64,000 bases of DNA from Corallococcus exiguus. GTDB lineage: Bacteria; Myxococcota; Myxococcia; Myxococcales; Myxococcaceae. This document shows positions 59,779 through 64,000 of this stretch, one piece after another. Each line of letters starts with the position of its first letter. Positions within the stretch are counted from its first letter, which is position 1. The translations under genes and the position numbers were made by a program. The stretch covers positions 477,827 to 541,826 of the forward strand of contig NZ_JAAAPK010000002.1 of assembly GCF_009909105.1 (NCBI RefSeq), given 5' to 3'. The notes under the pieces are model-generated. The model was given only the letters and a program-made list of their open reading frames with translations. It did not search any database and was not told where the DNA came from.

Positions 59779-59964
59779 CCCCCGTGAATGTCGCGGAGGC
59801 AGGATGGGGAGGCCCTCCGTTCATGGCCATGCGCGTCTCAGCCGTTGCCACTGTGCCCGGGTGCACAGGCCGGGCAGGCAGGGGACCTCTCCGGATGCGA
59901 GTGTCGGCCCGGGGACGCGCGATTTTTCACGGGGATGGGGCGGCACCTCCTAGAGTCGGGCCCG

Positions 59965-62526
59965 ATGAGTGCCTCCGCCGACACCCGCGCCCCGCTCGCC
60001 GCCTTGTTGCCGAAGCCTGGCGAGCCCCCTCTCGATGCCGACGAGATCCTCAACCGCTTCGTGGGCTACGTGGCCACGAACGGCCTGAGCCTGTACTCCG
60101 CCCAGGAGGAGGCCATCCTGGAGCTCTTGAGCGACAAGCACCTGTTCCTCAAGACGCCCACGGGCTCCGGCAAGTCGCTGGTGGCCATGGCGCTCCACTT
60201 CAAGGCCATGGCCGAGGGCAAGGTGTCGTTCTACACGTGCCCCATCAAGGCGCTGGTGAACGAGAAGTTCTTCGCGCTCTCCAAGGCCTTTGGCCCGGAG
60301 AACGTGGGCATGCTGACGGGCGACGCGTCCATCAACCGCGAGGCGCCCATCCTCTGCTGCACGGCGGAGATTCTTTCGAACCTCGCGCTGCGTGATGCCT
60401 CCGCGCGCGTGGACGCGGTGGTGATGGACGAGTTCCACTACTACTCCGACAAGGAGCGCGGGGTGGCCTGGCAGATTCCGCTGCTGGCGCTGCCCAAGAC
60501 GCAGTTCCTGCTGATGTCCGCCACGCTGGGCGACACGCACGTCATCGAGCAGAGCCTGGAGAAGCTCACCGGCCGCGAGGTGGCCACGGTGCGCAGCTCC
60601 GAGCGCCCCGTGCCGCTGGACTTCGACTACCGCGAGGTGCCGCTGCACGAGACCATCCAGGACCTCATCGCGCGCGGGAAGTACCCCGTGTACCTGGTGA
60701 ACTTCACGCAGCGGGCCGCCGCCGAGCAGGCGCAGAACCTGATGTCCGTGGACTTCAACACCAAGGAAGAGAAGGAGGAGATCCGCCAGGCGCTGCTGGA
60801 CGCCCCCTTCGACACGCCCTACGGCAAGGACTTCCAGCGCTTCCTGCGCCACGGCATCGGCATGCACCACGCGGGCCTGCTGCCCAAGTACCGCCTGCTG
60901 GTGGAGAAGCTGGCGCAGCAGGGCCTGCTCAAGGTCATCAGCGGCACGGACACCCTGGGCGTGGGCGTGAACATCCCCATCCGCACGGTGCTCTTCACGC
61001 AGCTGTTCAAGTTCAACGGCGAGAAGCTGACGACGCTGAGCGTGCGCGACTTCAAGCAGATCTCCGGCCGCGCGGGCCGCAAGGGCTTCGACACCGAGGG
61101 CAGCGTGGTGGCGCAGGCCCCGGAGTACATGGTCGAGAACATCCGCCAGGCGGCGAAGGAGGCCGCGGGCAAGAAGAAGACGCCCAAGGCGAAGCCGCCA
61201 CAAAAGGGCTTCGTGCAGTACGACAAGAGCACCTTCGAGCGGCTCCAGAACGGGATGCCGGAGCCGCTGGAGTCGCGCTTCGACGTGAGCCACGGCCTGC
61301 TGCTCAACCTGCTCCAGAGCGACAAGACGGAAGGCAGCGGCGGCTACAAGCGGCTGGTGCAGCTGGTGATGCGCTCGCACAGCTCCGACTACACGAAGAA
61401 GAAGCTCCTGAAGGACGCGGCGATGTACTTCCGCACGCTGCGCGACGCGGGCATCGTCAAGGTGGTGCAGTGGGAGAAGCACTCGGCGACGGTGGAGGTG
61501 TCGGAGGACCTGCAGCGCGACTTCAGCCTCAACCACACGCTGTCGCTGTACCTGCATGAGACGCTGGAGCTGTTGGACCCCACGCTGGAGACGTACGCGC
61601 TGGACGTCGTCACGCTGGTGGAGTCCATCCTGGAGAACCCGGACGTGGTGCTGTACGCGCAGCTGCACCAGCTGAAGGGGGAGAAGATCCAGGAGATGAA
61701 GGCGCAGGGCGTGGAGTACGACGACCGCATGGAGGAGCTGGAGAAGCTGGAGTGGCCCAAGCCGAACCGCGAGTTCGTCTACGGCACCTTCAACGCCTTC
61801 GCGAAGAAGCACCCGTGGGTGGGCGAGGAGAACATCCGGCCCAAGTCCATTGTCCGGGACATGTTCGAGCGCTTCATGTCCTTCCACGACTACGTGCGTG
61901 AGTACGGCCTGCAGCGCAGCGAGGGTGTGCTGCTGCGCTACGTGGGTGACGTCTACAAGTCGCTGGTGCAGACGGTGCCGGAGAAGTTCCGCAACGAGGA
62001 CCTGGACGACATCCTCGACCACCTTCGCGCGACGCTGCGTCAGGTGGACTCCAGCCTCCTGGACGAGTGGGAGCGGATGCGCAACCCGGAGGCCCCCGTC
62101 GAAGTGAAGCCGGTGGTGGACCTCAAGCCCAAGGAGCTCACGGAGGACCCCAAGGCCTTCGCCGCGCGCGTGCGCGAAGAGCTGCACCGTTTGTTGCGCG
62201 CGCTGGGCCAGCGCCGCTACCTGGACGCGCTGGGCATGCTGGACAACGCGCTGGGCGAGTGGACCGCGCCGAAGCTGGAGCTGGCCATGGCGCCGTACTT
62301 CGAGGAGCACAAGCTGGTGGTGCTCACGCCCCAGGCGCGCAAGCCGGCGAACACGCAGCTCAAGGAGGCGGGCACGCGCCAGTGGGAAGCCCAGCAGCGC
62401 ATCATGGACCCGGAGGGCCATGGGGACTGGGTCATCGACTGTGAGATTGACCTGCGCGGCCGCCGCATGGACGACGGCCCCATCCTGATGCTGCGCCGCA
62501 TTGGCGGGATGACCGCCTGGTCTTGA
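59965..62526 (+). CDS. DEAD/DEAH-box helicase with C-terminal DUF3516 domain
   Basis: Helicase motifs: motif I TPTGSGKS, motif II DEFH, motif III SAT, motif VI QISGRAGRKG. A ~400-aa C-terminal domain follows. Confidence 0.85.
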   Translation: MSASADTRAPLAALLPKPGEPPLDADEILNRFVGYVATNGLSLYSAQEEAILELLSDKHLFLKTPTGSGKSLVAMALHFKAMAEGKVSFYTCPIKALVNEKFFALSKAFGPENVGMLTGDASINREAPILCCTAEILSNLALRDASARVDAVVMDEFHYYSDKERGVAWQIPLLALPKTQFLLMSATLGDTHVIEQSLEKLTGREVATVRSSERPVPLDFDYREVPLHETIQDLIARGKYPVYLVNFTQRAAAEQAQNLMSVDFNTKEEKEEIRQALLDAPFDTPYGKDFQRFLRHGIGMHHAGLLPKYRLLVEKLAQQGLLKVISGTDTLGVGVNIPIRTVLFTQLFKFNGEKLTTLSVRDFKQISGRAGRKGFDTEGSVVAQAPEYMVENIRQAAKEAAGKKKTPKAKPPQKGFVQYDKSTFERLQNGMPEPLESRFDVSHGLLLNLLQSDKTEGSGGYKRLVQLVMRSHSSDYTKKKLLKDAAMYFRTLRDAGIVKVVQWEKHSATVEVSEDLQRDFSLNHTLSLYLHETLELLDPTLETYALDVVTLVESILENPDVVLYAQLHQLKGEKIQEMKAQGVEYDDRMEELEKLEWPKPNREFVYGTFNAFAKKHPWVGEENIRPKSIVRDMFERFMSFHDYVREYGLQRSEGVLLRYVGDVYKSLVQTVPEKFRNEDLDDILDHLRATLRQVDSSLLDEWERMRNPEAPVEVKPVVDLKPKELTEDPKAFAARVREELHRLLRALGQRRYLDALGMLDNALGEWTAPKLELAMAPYFEEHKLVVLTPQARKPANTQLKEAGTRQWEAQQRIMDPEGHGDWVIDCEIDLRGRRMDDGPILMLRRIGGMTAWS

Positions 62527-62529
62527 CCG

Positions 62530-62874
62530 TCAGGTGTGGGGCGGCTTGGAGGCTCCAGAGCCTCCGGCCGCCTCGCGCACGGTGAGGGTGGCGACCTCCA
62601 CCTCCGCCAGGATGCGGCGCGCGTGGTGGAGCAGGGCCTCGCCGGTGGGCAGCAGGCGCATGCCTTTGGGGACGCGCTCGAAGAGGGGCGTGCCCAGCTC
62701 ATCCTCCAGGGCGAGGATGTGACGGCTGAGCGGCGGCTGGGTGATGTGCAGCCGGAGCGCGGCCCGGCCCACGTGGCCCTCTTCCGCCACCGCGACGAAG
62801 GACTGGAGGTGCGTGATGCTCACGCGCGGAAGGTTAGCGCGAGTCGTGCGCGCCGTGCACCCAGGCCGCGTCAT
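62530..62874 (-). pseudogene. LysR-family regulator remnant (HTH domain only, ~114 aa)
   Basis: LQSFVAVAEEGHVGRAALRLHITQPPLSRHILALEDELGTPLFER is a LysR HTH. The ORF ends where a substrate-binding domain would begin. Confidence 0.5.
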
Positions 62875-62915
62875 GCCAGAACAGCATTGGACGCTCCGGA
62901 CGGGCGGGTGCCACC

Positions 62916-63716
62916 TTGCCCGCCATGGGAATTCCTCTCTTCAAGGGCAGTGAAGTGGAGCGGTTGCGGCTCGCGGGCCGCGCGGCGGCGGGCACGTTGG
63001 CGCACGTGGGCTCCCGGCTCCAGCCGGGCGTGACGACGGCGGACATCGACGCGTGGGTTCGCGAGGACACGGCGCGGCGGGGAGGGACGCCCAGTCAGCT
63101 GGGCTACAAGGGCTTTCCCGCCACGGTGTGCACCAGCCGCAACCACGTGGTGTGCCATGGCATCCCGCGCACGGATGAAGTGCTGAAGCCCGGCGACATC
63201 GTCAACGTGGACGTGACGACGCACCTGGACGGCTTCCATGGCGACACGTCCGCCACGTTCATGATTGGCGAGGTCTCCGCGGACGCGAAGCACGTCGTGG
63301 ACGTGGCTCGACGTTGCCGGGATGCGGGCGTGTCGGTGGTGCGGCACGGCGCGCGGCTGGGGGACATTGGCGCGGCGGTGATGGCGCTGGCGACGGCGGA
63401 GGGGTGCAGCATCGTGGAGGAGTTCGGAGGCCATGGCATCGGCAGGCAGATGCATGGGGAGCCGCATGTGCCTCATGTGGGCAAGGCGGGCACGGGCATC
63501 ACGCTGCGCTCGGGGATGGTCATCACCATCGAGCCCATGGTGAACCTGGGTCGGCCGGACATCCGGATGATGCCGGACGGGTGGACGGTCGTGACCGCGG
63601 ACGGCAGCCTGTCCGCCCAGTTCGAGCACACCGTGCTCGTCACCCGCGACGGCTGCGAAATCCTCACGCCCAACGAGCTGTCCCTGCTCATCCCCGTGAG
63701 CCATCCAGAAAACTGA
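62916..63716 (+). CDS. map: Methionine aminopeptidase type I
   Basis: The MetAP metal ligands are in context (D...D...H...E...E; VNVDVTTHLDGFHGDTSATF, EEFGGHGIG, ITIEPM). Confidence 0.9.
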   Translation: MPAMGIPLFKGSEVERLRLAGRAAAGTLAHVGSRLQPGVTTADIDAWVREDTARRGGTPSQLGYKGFPATVCTSRNHVVCHGIPRTDEVLKPGDIVNVDVTTHLDGFHGDTSATFMIGEVSADAKHVVDVARRCRDAGVSVVRHGARLGDIGAAVMALATAEGCSIVEEFGGHGIGRQMHGEPHVPHVGKAGTGITLRSGMVITIEPMVNLGRPDIRMMPDGWTVVTADGSLSAQFEHTVLVTRDGCEILTPNELSLLIPVSHPEN

Positions 63717-63772
63717 TGCCTTATCGCTTCTGACATCTGGTGTCCGGAGGCCGCCCGGCGCATCTCCTGGCG

Positions 63773-64000
63773 CATGGAAACGCCTCCACCGCTTCCCGTT
63801 GTCCATCCCCGGACCTGGACGGCCGGACATGTCCTGGTGCCGCTGTGCGCGGCGCTCTGCCTGCTGCCTTCTGTCTCCACCGGCGTGGCCCTGCTCGCGG
63901 GGCTGTGCGTGGCCCTGACCGTGGGCAATCCCTTCGCCGGGACGACGCGGGCCCTGACGCCCCGGCTGTTGTCCCTGGCGGTGGTGGGGCTGGGCGCGGG
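63773..64000 (+). CDS. Membrane protein, N-terminal part (putative sulfate-exporter/YeiH-like transporter); runs off the window
   Basis: METPPPLPVVHPRTWTAGHVLVPLCAALCLLPSVSTGVALLAGLCVALTVGNPFAG. Confidence 0.35.

Noticed and set aside
59950-62421. 823-aa minus-strand ORF
   Set aside because: Antisense to the DEAD-box/DUF3516 helicase. The composition-biased (R/A/L/V/H) translation is a GC-frame artefact.

Overview
This is high-GC (~70%) chromosomal DNA whose gene content and protein motifs point to Myxococcaceae. The evidence is a MYXO-CTERM-type sorting tail, OmpA proteins with thrombospondin type-3 repeats, and many Ser/Thr kinase and lipoprotein genes. All calls below come from reading the six-frame translations for motifs; no database search was run.

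The first ~20.4 kb is one large ABC-transporter-dependent (Wzm/Wzt) O-antigen-type polysaccharide locus. It contains translationally coupled wzm-wzt-GT2-GT2 genes and a 1206-aa fusion protein (methyltransferase, coiled coil, two GT4 domains) that looks like a chain-terminator/ruler/polymerase. It also has a three-gene polyprenol-phosphate-sugar-dependent periplasmic glycosylation module (GT2, small membrane protein, GT-C-like membrane protein, reminiscent of Klebsiella gmlABC), two further methyltransferases, a GT4 and a complete rmlBDAC dTDP-L-rhamnose operon.

Between 20.4 and 28.4 kb are housekeeping and accessory genes: a YihY/BrkB membrane protein, secreted lipoproteins, an HxlR-GST pair, a serine hydrolase and a pseudokinase. 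An IS630-family element with a two-frame transposase (28.44-29.47 kb) borders a roughly 3-4 kb island of markedly lower GC. The island holds a frameshifted MBL-fold hydrolase gene, a perfect (GGCTGT)12 microsatellite, two unrelated membrane proteins of unknown function and a ~700-bp non-coding stretch.

The remainder encodes an ABC-F ATPase, tgt, a Cho-like GIY-YIG nuclease, TetR and LysR regulators, a TSP3-repeat OmpA protein, a 1099-aa Kelch/MYXO-CTERM surface protein, a lipoprotein with a downstream overlapping gene (possible toxin/immunity pair), an MnmC-like methyltransferase, a Pat-like acyl-CoA synthetase-GNAT, a Ser/Thr kinase, a DEAD-box/DUF3516 helicase and map.

Many long ORFs in the supplied track are antisense, high-GC artefacts and were rejected.
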